Counted from the first letter of the stretch, positions 28,781-40,600 are shown. The stretch is DNA of 64,000 bases from Spirochaetia bacterium (GCA_963668315.1 OY764216.1:2272001-2336000), one strand, 5' to 3'. Notes: generated by a model from the letters alone, not told the origin. A program made the numbers and translations.

Positions 28781-29635
28781 TCATAACGGCCCTTCCGCTA
28801 TCTCTTCGAGCAGCTTTTTTACCATCTTGATATTCCGGCCTACCGTGGAAGAGCTGCTACCGGTCAGTTCGGCCACCTGTTCCGCCGTAGGCGTCATCTT
28901 AATACGGGCAATCCGGTCGTTGAGCTTTTCCATTTTGTATTTAAGCTGGGACATCCGTTCGAGAATCTCCTCCCGGTTCTTCTTCTCCTCGGTAATCCGG
29001 AGTTTCATCTCCTGGTATTTACTGTCGATGAAATAGGTCCTCTTCTTCTCCCGGATAGATTCCCGCTTGTCCCTTTTCGAGGCGATCAATTCCTCCGCCT
29101 GTTTAATTTTGCAGAAGAGTTCCTCACGGTTCATCCCAAGATAGTCAGCATAGGTATCTATCATCCTGTAGCTGATATTATCCACATGGTAAAGGATATA
29201 CTCCAGAAACCGTCTTTTGAATCGTTCCCCGGACATCGGGGAGGGCAGATTTTCCTTCCAGCTGCTGTCGGAGGAGTTATAAGCAGGAGAAGGATCATAG
29301 GCGGCTATCAGGTCCTGCTTTCCCGCTGTCTGCCAGTAGAGCTCCTCCCTGCTGTTTGCCCTGGCCCGGTCCGTCTGGAATTTGATCATATGCCATTCCA
29401 GGCAGACCTTCACATAGTGTTCGAAGGGGCACTCGTAATTGCTGTAGTTCCTTACGAGAGCTTCCATGCGGGGAAGAAAGCTGAGCAGAAAATCCGCCGC
29501 CCTGTCTTCGCCCAGATTTTTCTTCCCCAGTCCCCACGAATAGATAAACAGCGAGATCCTTTGTCTTAATTCCAGCCAACCGAGACCCGTATTCTGGTAC
29601 TGCCTGACCAGGCGGGATAGTTCCATTCCGTACAT
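28781..29635 (-). CDS. Hypothetical protein with sigma-region-2-like N-terminus, coiled coil and C-terminal HTH
   Basis: GGAGG RBS; EDRAADFLLSF...FEHYVKVCLEW; PTAEQVAELTGSSSSTVGRNIK HTH. Confidence 0.6.
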   Translation of the reverse strand: MYGMELSRLVRQYQNTGLGWLELRQRISLFIYSWGLGKKNLGEDRAADFLLSFLPRMEALVRNYSNYECPFEHYVKVCLEWHMIKFQTDRARANSREELYWQTAGKQDLIAAYDPSPAYNSSDSSWKENLPSPMSGERFKRRFLEYILYHVDNISYRMIDTYADYLGMNREELFCKIKQAEELIASKRDKRESIREKKRTYFIDSKYQEMKLRITEEKKNREEILERMSQLKYKMEKLNDRIARIKMTPTAEQVAELTGSSSSTVGRNIKMVKKLLEEIAEGPL

Positions 29636-29790
29636 AACCTTGCCTCCACGGAGTAGGTAAAGCAAGGATCATGCCGGAAAATACCGCTCTGAGAAGGGTT
29701 TTCTGTCGAGAACAAAGAACAAAATGCAACCCTGCGTAGGATGTACTAATATTGTTAACTGTTTTAGGTTATTCGTATATGAAAAAAAAG

Positions 29791-30018
29791 CTACTTTTTG
29801 ATTTCGCTCAGAAAAACCTGGTAGGCGGCAATGGTGGCGCTGATTTCAATCTCTTTTACTTCGCCCCTGCCTCCCCAGTCCTGTCCTTCGTAGATGTAAA
29901 GAGCTTCCAGTTCTTTTTCAATATCTATTATGTCAAAGGAAGGCATTTGACTCTGATTTTCCAGATGGGCGAGAGTTCTTTCGTATATGGTATTATAAAT
30001 TGTATCCAAATCAAACAT
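29791..30018 (-). CDS. Small hypothetical protein
   Basis: 75-aa helical ORF (ELEALYIYEGQDWGGRGE) divergent from ftsK. Confidence 0.6.
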   Translation of the reverse strand: MFDLDTIYNTIYERTLAHLENQSQMPSFDIIDIEKELEALYIYEGQDWGGRGEVKEIEISATIAAYQVFLSEIKK

Positions 30019-30107
30019 GGCCCCATTTTAGGGGGATCCCGGTCTTTGATCAATCCCGGCTAAACCGGCGGGACTCTTTTTCCGATAATCGAATCGAGAG
30101 GTTTACC

Positions 30108-32723
30108 GTGAATAGTAGTGATATGAAAAAGACAACACTGATTATATTGAGTTCCCTGGCCGCCTACCTGGTCCTTTCTCTTATCCTGACCCTTGCCGGA
30201 ATATCGTCGTTTCTGATATCTCCGGGCGCTTTTCTCTACAGCTGTTATCATCTAAGCGGATTTTACATTCCCCTTCTGCTTTTCGCCTTCGCCTGGATGG
30301 TGGGAAAAAGTGTTTTTCCCAAAAGACTGTTCTATTCCCTGGTTTTTTCCCTGGTCCCTTTTTTTACTGCCGCCCTGGCAGAAGGAATCCTTCGGGAAAC
30401 CGGTCCTGTATCCCGGTATTTTCTGGTCTCCTTCGGCCGTCCCATGAGCCTGCTTCTTCTTTCCCTTCTTACGGCGGTGGAGATACTGCTGATCATCAAG
30501 GGGGGAGAATATTTCTTTTCCTCATCGGATGAGGGCGAAGAAAAAAACAGAAAAATCGACCTGAACAAAGTTAAAGAGTATCTGGCCGATACATTCGGAT
30601 TTTCCCGGGAAGAGGAGCATCCCGCGCCCGTGGAAAAGCCGGTTCTGAAAACCAATCTCGAAGGCAGCAGGGACACCATACAGTATGATCCCGAGGCGGA
30701 TGTTGAGTGGGAGGACGTGGACCTTGAGCCCATGAATCAGCCTGAGTTTCCCCCGCCGGCCGACCCGGTTCCCGAAGATCCCAGGGAGACATCCGGCAGT
30801 GACCCTGTACAGGAAATGATCCGCCAGGTTCTGACGGGCCAGAACCGGAAAAGAGAATCTCTTAATGATGTCCCTCCCGAACCGGATGACTTCGTCTCCT
30901 TCCGTCCCTCCCTCTCCGCCGAAGAAGATACGGACGATGAACCGGTCTTTGAAAAGCCCTTCGCTCCCAGTTACCCCATTATGCCTCCTCCTCCCGTCGA
31001 GAAAGAGGAAATAACAGAAGAACAGGAGAGACTGACCCCTCCCGAGTATCCTTCGGACGACGGAATTCTCGAATACTCCGGTTACCGCGAGGAAATTGAT
31101 CCTGCCTATGATTTCCTCTCCTCGGACGAAAGCGAAGAGGAACAGCTGAATCATCTTATTCACGACCTGGATGAAACCCTGTCCGATACGGCAAGGGAGC
31201 TGGAAGAGGAGACCCGTCCCGAATCCATTTCGGACAAGCTGGCACCCCTTGAAGAGGAGGGGACTTTCTCCGATGCCCCCGAACCACCCCGCCCGCGGCG
31301 GAGGACAAGAGGAACCTATAAAGTCCCCGTGGACGGCATCCTCGCCACCTATCCGGATGAAGGAAACAAGGATATCGACGATGAAACTCGCCATGCCGCC
31401 CGGATTCTGGAGGAGACCTTGCGGGAATTCAAGATAGAAGCGGAAGTCACCGGCATCTCCCGGGGACCGGTTATCACCATGTTCGAGCTGCTTCCCGCCC
31501 CCGGTGTCAAACTGAACCGTATTGTGGCCCTTCAGGACAACATCGCCCTGAGGCTGGCCGCTTCCCGCGTCCGTATCGTCGCTCCCATTCCTGGAAAGCA
31601 TGCGGTGGGAATCGAAATCCCCAATAAGAAGCGTTCCATCGTGGCTTTCAGCGACCTGGTCATGTGCCGGGACATGAAAAAAAAGGATACCGCCATACCC
31701 ATCGTCCTGGGGGAGGATATTTCCGGTGACAGTCAGGTTATCGATCTGGCCCGTACGCCCCATCTCCTCATTGCCGGAGCGACGGGAGCGGGTAAATCGG
31801 TCTGCGTGAACTCCCTCATCTGCTCCATCCTCTACCACAGAGACCCGGACGATGTGAAGATGATCCTGGTGGATCCCAAAATCGTCGAGCTTAAGCTCTA
31901 TAACGATATTCCCCATCTGCTGACCCCGGTGATCACCGAGCCCAAACGGGCTTTCCAGGCCATCCAGTGGGCCCTCTACGAGATGGAGAGGCGCTACGCC
32001 CTGCTTGACGGTATGGGAGTCCGGGATATCAAAACCTATAACAAGAGAATCCTGGAGCGGGAAATCGCCACCACCAAACTGCCCTATATCGTGGTCGTTA
32101 TCGATGAGTTTGCCGACCTGATGGCCACCAGCGGCAAAGAGCTGGAAGGCATTGTCGCCCGTCTGGCCGCCATGTCCCGGGCCGTGGGTATCCATCTGGT
32201 TCTGGCGACTCAGAGACCCTCCACCGACGTCATCACCGGTCTTATCAAAGCGAACTTTCCCTCCCGGGTCGCCTTCATGGTGGCCAGTATGACCGACTCG
32301 CGCATCATTATCGATTCGGCCGGAGCGGAGAAACTGCTGGGAAGGGGAGACATGCTTTTCACCAGTTCCTGGGATCCCTTCCCCTCCCGTGTCCAGGGGG
32401 CCTTCCTTTCCGAGGATGAAGTGGAGCGGGTTGTCAGTTATGTGAAAACTCTGGGAGAGCCGGACTATATCGATGATGAGATCTTCATTGATGAGCCGGA
32501 TGATGATTTTGAGCTGAAGGGGGATGACGGATCGGACGATCTCTTCGACGAAGCCCTGGATATCGTCATCCAGTCGGGAAAGGCCTCGGCCAGCTATCTG
32601 CAGAGACGGCTGAAAATTGGCTACAACCGGGCCGCCCGGCTGGTGGAGGAGATGGAAATGAGGGGCATTGTGGGCCCTGCCAACGGCTCCAAGCCGAGAG
32701 ATATTCTCCATATGCCCGGCTGA
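30108..32723 (+). CDS. ftsK: DNA translocase FtsK/SpoIIIE
   Basis: N-terminal TMs, acidic Pro-rich linker, PHLLIAGATGAGKS, IDEFADLM, ATQRPS, gamma domain LQRRLKIGYNRAAR; start is GTG 30108 or ATG 30123. Confidence 0.96.
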   Translation: MNSSDMKKTTLIILSSLAAYLVLSLILTLAGISSFLISPGAFLYSCYHLSGFYIPLLLFAFAWMVGKSVFPKRLFYSLVFSLVPFFTAALAEGILRETGPVSRYFLVSFGRPMSLLLLSLLTAVEILLIIKGGEYFFSSSDEGEEKNRKIDLNKVKEYLADTFGFSREEEHPAPVEKPVLKTNLEGSRDTIQYDPEADVEWEDVDLEPMNQPEFPPPADPVPEDPRETSGSDPVQEMIRQVLTGQNRKRESLNDVPPEPDDFVSFRPSLSAEEDTDDEPVFEKPFAPSYPIMPPPPVEKEEITEEQERLTPPEYPSDDGILEYSGYREEIDPAYDFLSSDESEEEQLNHLIHDLDETLSDTARELEEETRPESISDKLAPLEEEGTFSDAPEPPRPRRRTRGTYKVPVDGILATYPDEGNKDIDDETRHAARILEETLREFKIEAEVTGISRGPVITMFELLPAPGVKLNRIVALQDNIALRLAASRVRIVAPIPGKHAVGIEIPNKKRSIVAFSDLVMCRDMKKKDTAIPIVLGEDISGDSQVIDLARTPHLLIAGATGAGKSVCVNSLICSILYHRDPDDVKMILVDPKIVELKLYNDIPHLLTPVITEPKRAFQAIQWALYEMERRYALLDGMGVRDIKTYNKRILEREIATTKLPYIVVVIDEFADLMATSGKELEGIVARLAAMSRAVGIHLVLATQRPSTDVITGLIKANFPSRVAFMVASMTDSRIIIDSAGAEKLLGRGDMLFTSSWDPFPSRVQGAFLSEDEVERVVSYVKTLGEPDYIDDEIFIDEPDDDFELKGDDGSDDLFDEALDIVIQSGKASASYLQRRLKIGYNRAARLVEEMEMRGIVGPANGSKPRDILHMPG

Positions 32724-32793
32724 TAAGGATCGGAGCTTTTTCATCGGTTGAATAGAGAAATAGAGGAAGACAGGAAATGATATTCAGAGTAGA

Positions 32794-34641
32794 ATGGGAA
32801 TAACCATGAGAAGAAGCGTTCTCTTCCTGATCCTGTCCCTTATTCTCCTGTCGGAGAATCTTTCAGGTAAGGACAAACAGGTCCTGGTCCTCAATTCCTA
32901 TCATCAGGGATATCACTGGACCGACCGTATTATGGGGGAGATTTCTGAGGTTCTGGGAGAGAGGGACGATACGGAACTGCAGGTGGTCTACATGGATACC
33001 AAGCACTTTTCCGATCCCTTCTATCTGGATCTCCTCTACAGCGAATACGCCTACAAGTATGCCCATACCCGTTTTGACGCCATACTTTCAACCGATGATC
33101 ACGCTCTGGATTTTCTCCTCAAGTACGGCGACCGTCTCTTCCCCGACACTCCCGTTGTCTTCTGCGGAATCAATGTTTTCGATCCGGTGCGCATAGCCGG
33201 GCATGATAATTATACGGGCATACATGAGGCGTACGATCTGCCCGGAATTCTTGAGCTGATGACCAATCTCCATCCCCGGAGGACTGATATTGCCGTCATT
33301 ATGGATTCCACCCTGTCCAGCGAACATCTTCTCCGTCTTGTCCATCAGGGAGAAATCCTCTATTCGGGAAGACTGAATTTCCATTATTACACCGGTTTGA
33401 GCAATGCCGATCTCAAGGAGCAGCTGAAGGAGCTGGATGATAATGACTTGATATTGTGGGGGATTCACCTGAGAGGAAATGACGGAGAATTTTTCTCCGT
33501 TTCCGACAGCCTTGATCTGATCCGTTCCGCGACAGCGGTGCCCATCTACTCCATATGGGACGTGGTGGGTTCCGGTGTCGTGGGGGGGAAAGTCGCCCGC
33601 CCGGAAGAGCAGGGCCGTGTTTCCGCCCATATGGTAGACCGTATACTCGAAGGAACCCCCGTACAGGATATCCCCGTTATGGCCGCATCTCCTCTCTTTC
33701 TGTTTGACTATCATGTCCTGAGAGAGCAGGGAATCAAGCTTTCCGCTCTTCCCCGGGGCAGTATCATCATCAACAAGCCCTTTCAGCTGATCCGGGAGAA
33801 TAAAACACTCTTTTCCGCCCTCCTCATATTTGTCGTTATCCTTCTTGTCATCATTGGCCTTCTTTTCCGGGTCATCGCGAAGAGAAAACGGACCGAAGAG
33901 CAGCTCTTCCTGTCAAGGGAGGAGCTGGGCCAGAGCCGGAAGATGGACGCCATAGGCCAGCTTGCCGGGGGAGTGGCCCATGACTTCAATAATATTCTCA
34001 CCGGTATCCTGGGCGCCGCGGATATGCTGGATACAGAAGAGACTCTGAGCGGTCAGGGAAAAGAATATGTGAAGATGATCATTTCCTCGTCGGAACAGGC
34101 CGCCGATCTGACCTCCCAGCTCCTGGCATTCGGCAGAAAAAGTCCCGTTTTGAATGAGGAGATCGATGTCCATAAAATCATAGACAATACCTTTTTCATT
34201 CTCAAACAGACTCTGAGTAAGAAAATAACTCTGAAAAAACGTCTGAGAGCGGATAATCACCGGATTCAGGGAAATAAGGCCGCTTTGCAGAATATCATAA
34301 TGAACCTGTGCATCAATGCTTCCCAGGCCATGGACGGAGACGGAACGATAATAGTGGAAACCGTCTGTCTCTTAATGAACAGGGAACACTGCAATGTCCT
34401 TTCCCCTTATAGTCCGGCGGGAATATACCTTAAGCTGACGGTGAGCGACCGGGGCTGCGGAATCCCCCAAAATGACATTGATAAGATTTTCGAACCCTTC
34501 TATACTACAAAAGGCCGGGGATCCGGCCTGGGACTTGCCGCGGTATACGGAACGATGAAGGATCATCGGGGCTGTATTTCCGTGGAAAGCGAAGTAGGGA
34601 AGGGAACTGATTTTCATTTATACTTTCCCCAGAAAAAATGA
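32794..34641 (+). CDS. Sensor histidine kinase with periplasmic ABC-substrate-binding-like domain
   Basis: VLVLNSYHQGY.WT; LAGGVAHDFNNIL H-box; NA, DxGxG, FYTTK and GSGLGL boxes. Confidence 0.92.
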   Translation: MGITMRRSVLFLILSLILLSENLSGKDKQVLVLNSYHQGYHWTDRIMGEISEVLGERDDTELQVVYMDTKHFSDPFYLDLLYSEYAYKYAHTRFDAILSTDDHALDFLLKYGDRLFPDTPVVFCGINVFDPVRIAGHDNYTGIHEAYDLPGILELMTNLHPRRTDIAVIMDSTLSSEHLLRLVHQGEILYSGRLNFHYYTGLSNADLKEQLKELDDNDLILWGIHLRGNDGEFFSVSDSLDLIRSATAVPIYSIWDVVGSGVVGGKVARPEEQGRVSAHMVDRILEGTPVQDIPVMAASPLFLFDYHVLREQGIKLSALPRGSIIINKPFQLIRENKTLFSALLIFVVILLVIIGLLFRVIAKRKRTEEQLFLSREELGQSRKMDAIGQLAGGVAHDFNNILTGILGAADMLDTEETLSGQGKEYVKMIISSSEQAADLTSQLLAFGRKSPVLNEEIDVHKIIDNTFFILKQTLSKKITLKKRLRADNHRIQGNKAALQNIIMNLCINASQAMDGDGTIIVETVCLLMNREHCNVLSPYSPAGIYLKLTVSDRGCGIPQNDIDKIFEPFYTTKGRGSGLGLAAVYGTMKDHRGCISVESEVGKGTDFHLYFPQKK

Positions 34642-34702
34642 TTCGGAATAACGCCTCTCGGGATTTTCACTAAAATCCCGTTTACGCATAAAAGGAGTCT
34701 CT

Positions 34703-35986
34703 ATGGATAATATGCTCGATTTTGCCGTATCAACGCGGTCATTTCACGGAGGGGACAGGGGATTTGATGCTTTTGTCCGTCTTTCTGAAGAACTATACGG
34801 GCAGCCCCCCTACTGCCTTGTCTGCGACGGGAATACCTGGAAGGCCGCCGGAGAAGATCTGGACCGCTATCTGATAAAAGCCGGCCGCAAAGCTCTGCCT
34901 TCCATTATCTTTCCCGCCGAACCTGTCCTGGAAGCTGATTACGGACATGTCCCCGGACTGGTGAAAAAAATCGCCCCCCTGGCCGGGAACGTACAAATCA
35001 TCGCCGTGGGGAGCGGGACCCTGAACGATCTGGTTAAAACGGCCTGCGGTGAACTTAAGAGACCCTATTCGGTATTCGCCACAGCGGCCAGCGTGGACGG
35101 CTATGCCTCCGACGGTGCTGCTATTGTGAAGGACGGGTACAAGCAGACCATCCGCTGTCCCGCTCCCGAACTGATCGTGGCAGACCGGACCGTACTGAAT
35201 AATGCTCCCGCCGATATGACCGCCGCCGGTTATGCCGACCTCATTGCCAAAATCCCCGCCGGAGCCGACTGGATCATGGCCGATATCCTGGGGGAAGATC
35301 CTATCCACGGTCAGGTCTGGGATTACATTCAGAAACCTCTGCGGGACTGGGTCAAACTCCCTTTGAATATGGATAAACTTTATACCGGGCTGACCGCCAC
35401 AGGATTCGCCATGCAGTATATTCAGAAGTCCCGTCCCGCTTCCGGCGCGGAACATCTTATCTCCCACATCTGGGAAATGGAGCATCTGACCTACCGGGGG
35501 AAAACTTTCTCCCACGGATTCAAGGTAGGCATCGGCTCCCTTCTGACAACCTGCGCCATGGAGAAGGTTCTGAGTTATCCCATGGAAGCGAAGGATGCGG
35601 AGAAGGCCATCGCCGCCTATCCCGATCTGGAAAAGCATAAGGCGATGGCCGAGGATTACTTTACCGAACCTCTTCTCTCGTCGGTTCTGGACATACTGGA
35701 AGAGAAAATCCCCTCACCCGAAGCCCATGCAAAGCGGGTGAAGCTGATCGCCGGGAAGTGGGAAGAGCTGAGAACGCGGATTCTGGAGCAAATCATCCCC
35801 TACAGAGAACTGAAGAGGCTTCTGGCCGAAGTGGGCAGTCCCTCCACCCTGGAAGACCTGGGCGTGGATAAAAAGATCGCCCTTGAGACCATGAAAAAGG
35901 CCCAGATGATCCGCAACCGTTATACTATTCTGGATCTGATAGACGATCTGGGGTGGTGGGACCGGGACCTGCTGGAATATTTCTAG
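34703..35986 (+). CDS. sn-glycerol-1-phosphate dehydrogenase (AraM/EgsA-like)
   Basis: GSGTLNDLVK, TAASVDGYAS, SRPASGAEHLISHIWEM, SHGFKVG. Confidence 0.85.
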   Translation: MDNMLDFAVSTRSFHGGDRGFDAFVRLSEELYGQPPYCLVCDGNTWKAAGEDLDRYLIKAGRKALPSIIFPAEPVLEADYGHVPGLVKKIAPLAGNVQIIAVGSGTLNDLVKTACGELKRPYSVFATAASVDGYASDGAAIVKDGYKQTIRCPAPELIVADRTVLNNAPADMTAAGYADLIAKIPAGADWIMADILGEDPIHGQVWDYIQKPLRDWVKLPLNMDKLYTGLTATGFAMQYIQKSRPASGAEHLISHIWEMEHLTYRGKTFSHGFKVGIGSLLTTCAMEKVLSYPMEAKDAEKAIAAYPDLEKHKAMAEDYFTEPLLSSVLDILEEKIPSPEAHAKRVKLIAGKWEELRTRILEQIIPYRELKRLLAEVGSPSTLEDLGVDKKIALETMKKAQMIRNRYTILDLIDDLGWWDRDLLEYF

Positions 35987-36128
35987 AAACCGAAAAGCTT
36001 CTGATGTGTGAATTATGTGAAGAATGTTAATGCTTTGCGGTTTATATGGATATTGGCTGAAGAGCGTGCTATAATAAATGTATTATAGGTTTATTGTAGA
36101 AAGTATATAAATACGGGAGTTATTCACT

Positions 36129-37553
36129 ATGAAAAAAGTATTAGCCCTTCTGGGAACGGCTTTGATAGCTTTATTGATTTTCAGTTGTGATATGGGAACA
36201 TCCGGGAGCGATCCGGTGAATCCGACCGAACCGGTGGAGACACTGGCAGTGGGAAGTTTGACTCTGACTCTGGATGATCCGGGAGTTGAGACAGTCGCCG
36301 ATGGAGTTACCCCCAGAGCTGTCGTAACGGGATCCTCAGCCAATGGAGCCACTTTTAAGCGTGTTGTCTCTCTTGATACTGATTCCGTTAGTATAACGAT
36401 TGCCAATCTTCTGGTAGGGGACTGGAATATCAAGGTTAAGCTGTGGGATGGTTCTGAAGATATTGTTGCTTTGGCCTACGAAACTGCCGTGGTCCCTGAA
36501 GGTGAGAATGTAACCCTTAGCGCCCTGTTCTGGATGAAGGACGATTTAGCTGCACTCCTGGATAGTTATTACGATGAAGCTGTTCCTGTTGATGCCCATT
36601 CTGCTATTTCCGAGGGATTATTTGAACTCATGGCAGATGACGAGGAGATGGCGTTAAATCTCCTTTCCTTTGCTGATGCAGGTAACATTTCGGAGATTGG
36701 TAAATATTTGACTTTTCTAACCGATGGAACTTCTTTTGCCACCGTCCTTGAGGAGTTTCTTTCTACGGAAATATATGATGGGATGACTACTCTGGATATC
36801 CTGAATTATCTCTGGGGCGGGGAATCCTACGAAGCCGGTTATTATGTTTCCCTCTTTTCTAATCTGCTGGACATTATTTTCCAGGAGGTAGTAGGGGATT
36901 TCACTTTTCTTTTCTACGATCTTGTCGATGTGACCGTTTCCAGCGATACGGAAGGGTTTTCCGTTGGGGCGAATCTTCCCGATGTCGAGACCGTGAACTT
37001 TTCTGCAAGTTCCGATTATTCCGAAATGGCAGGATTCGAATACACCTGGTTCCTTAACGGAGTACAGGTCGGTACGGGAATGTCCTTTGATATGGCAACG
37101 GCCGATTGTCTGGACGGTTTGAATTATCTGTCTGCAGAGATGACATTCGGTGTGGATGGAACAAGTGTGATTCTTGGTAGTGATTCGGTTGTCTTCTATA
37201 GTGAGAGCAGTGTGGAGAGACTGACTATTGAGGGCATTGGGTTTGCTGACGAGAGGCTGTATTCTGCAATAAATGCTTCCCCGGATAATGACGGATGGAT
37301 TTATGCCGATCAAGTTATCTCCCTGTATATCTTAAGCAATGAGAATATCGATTTTTCAAAAATTGAATATCTTGTTAATCTTGAGAAAATAGTAATTACA
37401 TATGGTGGTACTTTTACGGAAGACCAGTTAACTCCCATTTTTAGTTTAAATAACTTAACTGAGATTGAATTTCGTTATGATCATCCATCGGATGAATTAA
37501 TAGAAATAATTAAGGCGGCGATACCTGGGGTCACAGTTACTCTCAGGGGGTAA
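36129..37553 (+). CDS. Acidic lipoprotein with a short C-terminal LRR-like region
   Basis: Spirochaete-type lipobox LLIFSC; Ig-like YTWFLNG; IEYLVNLEKI..LNNLTEI LRR-like; extended -10 TGcTATAAT at 36067-36075. Confidence 0.75.
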   Translation: MKKVLALLGTALIALLIFSCDMGTSGSDPVNPTEPVETLAVGSLTLTLDDPGVETVADGVTPRAVVTGSSANGATFKRVVSLDTDSVSITIANLLVGDWNIKVKLWDGSEDIVALAYETAVVPEGENVTLSALFWMKDDLAALLDSYYDEAVPVDAHSAISEGLFELMADDEEMALNLLSFADAGNISEIGKYLTFLTDGTSFATVLEEFLSTEIYDGMTTLDILNYLWGGESYEAGYYVSLFSNLLDIIFQEVVGDFTFLFYDLVDVTVSSDTEGFSVGANLPDVETVNFSASSDYSEMAGFEYTWFLNGVQVGTGMSFDMATADCLDGLNYLSAEMTFGVDGTSVILGSDSVVFYSESSVERLTIEGIGFADERLYSAINASPDNDGWIYADQVISLYILSNENIDFSKIEYLVNLEKIVITYGGTFTEDQLTPIFSLNNLTEIEFRYDHPSDELIEIIKAAIPGVTVTLRG

Positions 37554-37565
37554 TGATTTCTACTG

Positions 37566-37614
37566 CTAAATAAAGAAAGCCGCTCTCAATCAGGGAGCGG
37601 CTTTCTTTATTTAG
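37566..37614. terminator. Long inverted repeat / intrinsic terminator
   Basis: 20-bp perfect arms CTAAATAAAGAAAGCCGCTC / GAGCGGCTTTCTTTATTTAG. Confidence 0.85.
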
Positions 37615-37685
37615 AAAAGCAATGAATTTATTTTATTCTTGCTATATAATTCTATAATGTAGAACTTTGTCCTTGGGGAGTTGCT

Positions 37686-40600
37686 ATGGTCAATTGTATG
37701 GCTAAGAGAACGTTCGGTGCATTTCTTTTTTTCTCTCTTTTCATTCTTATAAGTATCAATGGGCAAAGTCTTGTCCCCCCTGGATCTGATGACTGGCTTC
37801 AGGTTACAAGCAGTACAAATCAGGGGGGAAGGGATTCAATTCAGACCGTTTTTTTTCAGGTCCCCGATTCCTATACCTCTCCTATATACTTCGGAATATG
37901 CGATCCCGAGACCAACGGGGTTGCCCCAGATCAGAATACGGGAACGACTTATTATTACCTGATGGGCGGAGATGGATGTTATACGAATTCCAACTCTCGA
38001 GAGGAGTTTTATTCAACCCCGGCAGATTCCATAGCCGCTGGTACAGGGGATATCCTATATACCTATGAATACAATAATTCTTTCACGGAACAATCAGTAA
38101 TTACTCCCGTGGGAGGAAGCCCTGATGTGTCAGATGATGAGGAGTGGGCTTATTTCCCTCCCGTGTACCCTTCGCAGGGAGAACATGTAGGAGATTATTA
38201 CTATTTCCGGATGGTCGTAAACGCTTCTTCCAGTTATAAAAATGCTTATAAACTGGTCGCCTCTTCCTCCCTTATGAATCCTGCTACTCCGGTTGAAATA
38301 ACAAGTATTAGGGCTTTTGCCTATAGCTGGTGTTTCGATAACAGAAAAAATCTTTCAACCTGGAGTTTCTATCCCTTTGTTCCTGATAGTGTTAATACAT
38401 CGGGAGGACTGGATATTCATACGAATGATGCTGATTCGGAAAGTTATGATCTTTATGATATCTTTGGAAATCCAAGGGCAACCGATACCCCAAGTTCGGG
38501 CACAAACTGGTCCTCCGTTACTCAGGGATATAACTATCTTTTTAGTGATAGTAATACCGGGGATCCTCAGATCAATGGTACATGGCAGATTGATTTCTAC
38601 AATAATGAGGCGGGCGCCCCAAACGAGAACACTATAGAAGTCTGGTCCTATGAAACAGGCTCTGGTATCTGTCTTCCCATATATACCGCTTCCTATACTC
38701 CCCCTCTGCCATATCGTGTCACCGCTTCAGTAACTGATGATCCTTCTCTGACGGGTTCGGACAGTACAGTTCTTCTGCAGATTGTGGATAGCAGCGGTAA
38801 TTCCGTCCCCTATTCCAGGAATATATATATAAGTGACCCGTCGGGACATCTTTCTTTTTATGAAGAGGACGGTACTACTCCCATCGTCGGAAATCTGATT
38901 ACGACCAATACCGACGGTTTTTATACATTTAATTGCCGAAACAGCAATGCCGAATCGGTGGAAATATCTTTTGTGACCGACGGTACCCTAGGCTCCGATG
39001 CTTTAGCGGGTACTAATGCTGAAAATGATAAGGCCACTGTTACCCATTACACGGGAGCGTTCCCCACTCTTGTTTCAACAGGAGTGTCATCTGTTGCTGG
39101 AAGTTCAGTCAGCGGGATTGATTTCACCATTACAGATGATGATGGTGCCTATATTTCGGCAAGTGATAATATTTATCTTCGTATTCCAGCTTCAATCGAT
39201 GCTCAATGGAATCAGACATTGAGCGGATCTTTTAGCGGTTCTGCCTTTGATGCAGGGCTTGTTGGGACAAATCCTATTGTCCATTACGAGGACAGCAGAA
39301 CCATTAGGATTGATGTCAACTCCGATTTCACATCTGACAATGATACTCTCGTCATAAGCGGTCTGGGCTTCACCTCATCAAACTCAGCTTCTTCCGGCGA
39401 CTTTGAAATGGCCTATGACGGATTGTCCGGATTATGGAATGTTGTTGATGGTTTGACGACTGGTAACGATATCATAATTAATCCCGCAACCTATTTCATA
39501 TGGAATGGTTCGGCTGGGGACGGTAATTTCGATAATGGAAGCAACTGGCAATATGGTGCGGCTCCCGGTCACAGAGATGGAGCCAATATCGTTTTAACCG
39601 CAAGCGGAACTGATGCCGTGCTTAGCTATGATGCATTGGGTTATATATTCGGAGAGGTGACGATAACAAGCGGAGCCAAGCCGGAAATCGCTGGCGGTTC
39701 TTCTCTCCAGATTAACACATCCTATGAAAATAATGGAACTTTAGTCTTTTCAGATACGGTGAATATAGAAACGGCTGCGGGTGTATTTAATTCCTCATCT
39801 TCTTTGGGGAATGTAGAACTGGACGGTTCATTAGGAGATGGAACGGGAAATGTTAATTACGGTTATTATAATGATTTGACCAGTACAGCCGGAAATTGGA
39901 CTTTTACAGCGAGTGTATGGGAAGTTGTTATAAATGGCGATGCATCGTTGACTACTGGTTCATGGACAATGACAGGAGGACCTGTTATTTACCTGTCGGG
40001 AAGTTGGGCAAATGATGGTATAACTATCAATAATTCCTATGAATTAAGGTTATATGGATCTGATCCGTGTAATATAACCGGTACAGGGGCTTTCTCAACT
40101 TTTTACAGTTTAATATGTGAGGAACCGGGGAAAGTCATCTCTTTTGAAACCGGAGCAATAAATCATACAGTATCCTCAGGGAATCTGAGAATGGCAGGCT
40201 CTGCATCTTCTCCGATTATTCTTAAGGGAACCACCAATGCCGACTGGTTTCTTAATGTGACATCCGCTTCGACTGTAGATATAAGCTATGTTGATGTTCA
40301 GTATAGTACTGCTGATGTTTCCATTTCTGCCGATTTCTCCATAGATTCGGGAAATAATAGCAATTGGGACTTTGGTACGGGGAAAACAACAACCTGGGAT
40401 GGTTCAAACAGTGAAAGTGTGACCACCGTCCCTAACTGGGATAACGGAGTTCCTGACGATAGCGGAACAGGGGTGGACAGCGTTATCATCCCCGATGTAT
40501 CCCTCCTCAATTTCGCTCCTGTATTATCCGGTGGTTGGGATTTAGGTAGTGGGTCCTTAACGATAGGTGATGGAGGTACTCTTGATATAAATGCCTATAA

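Noticed and set aside
30522..32744. 740-aa minus-strand ORF
   Set aside because: Antisense shadow of ftsK, caused by codon bias.
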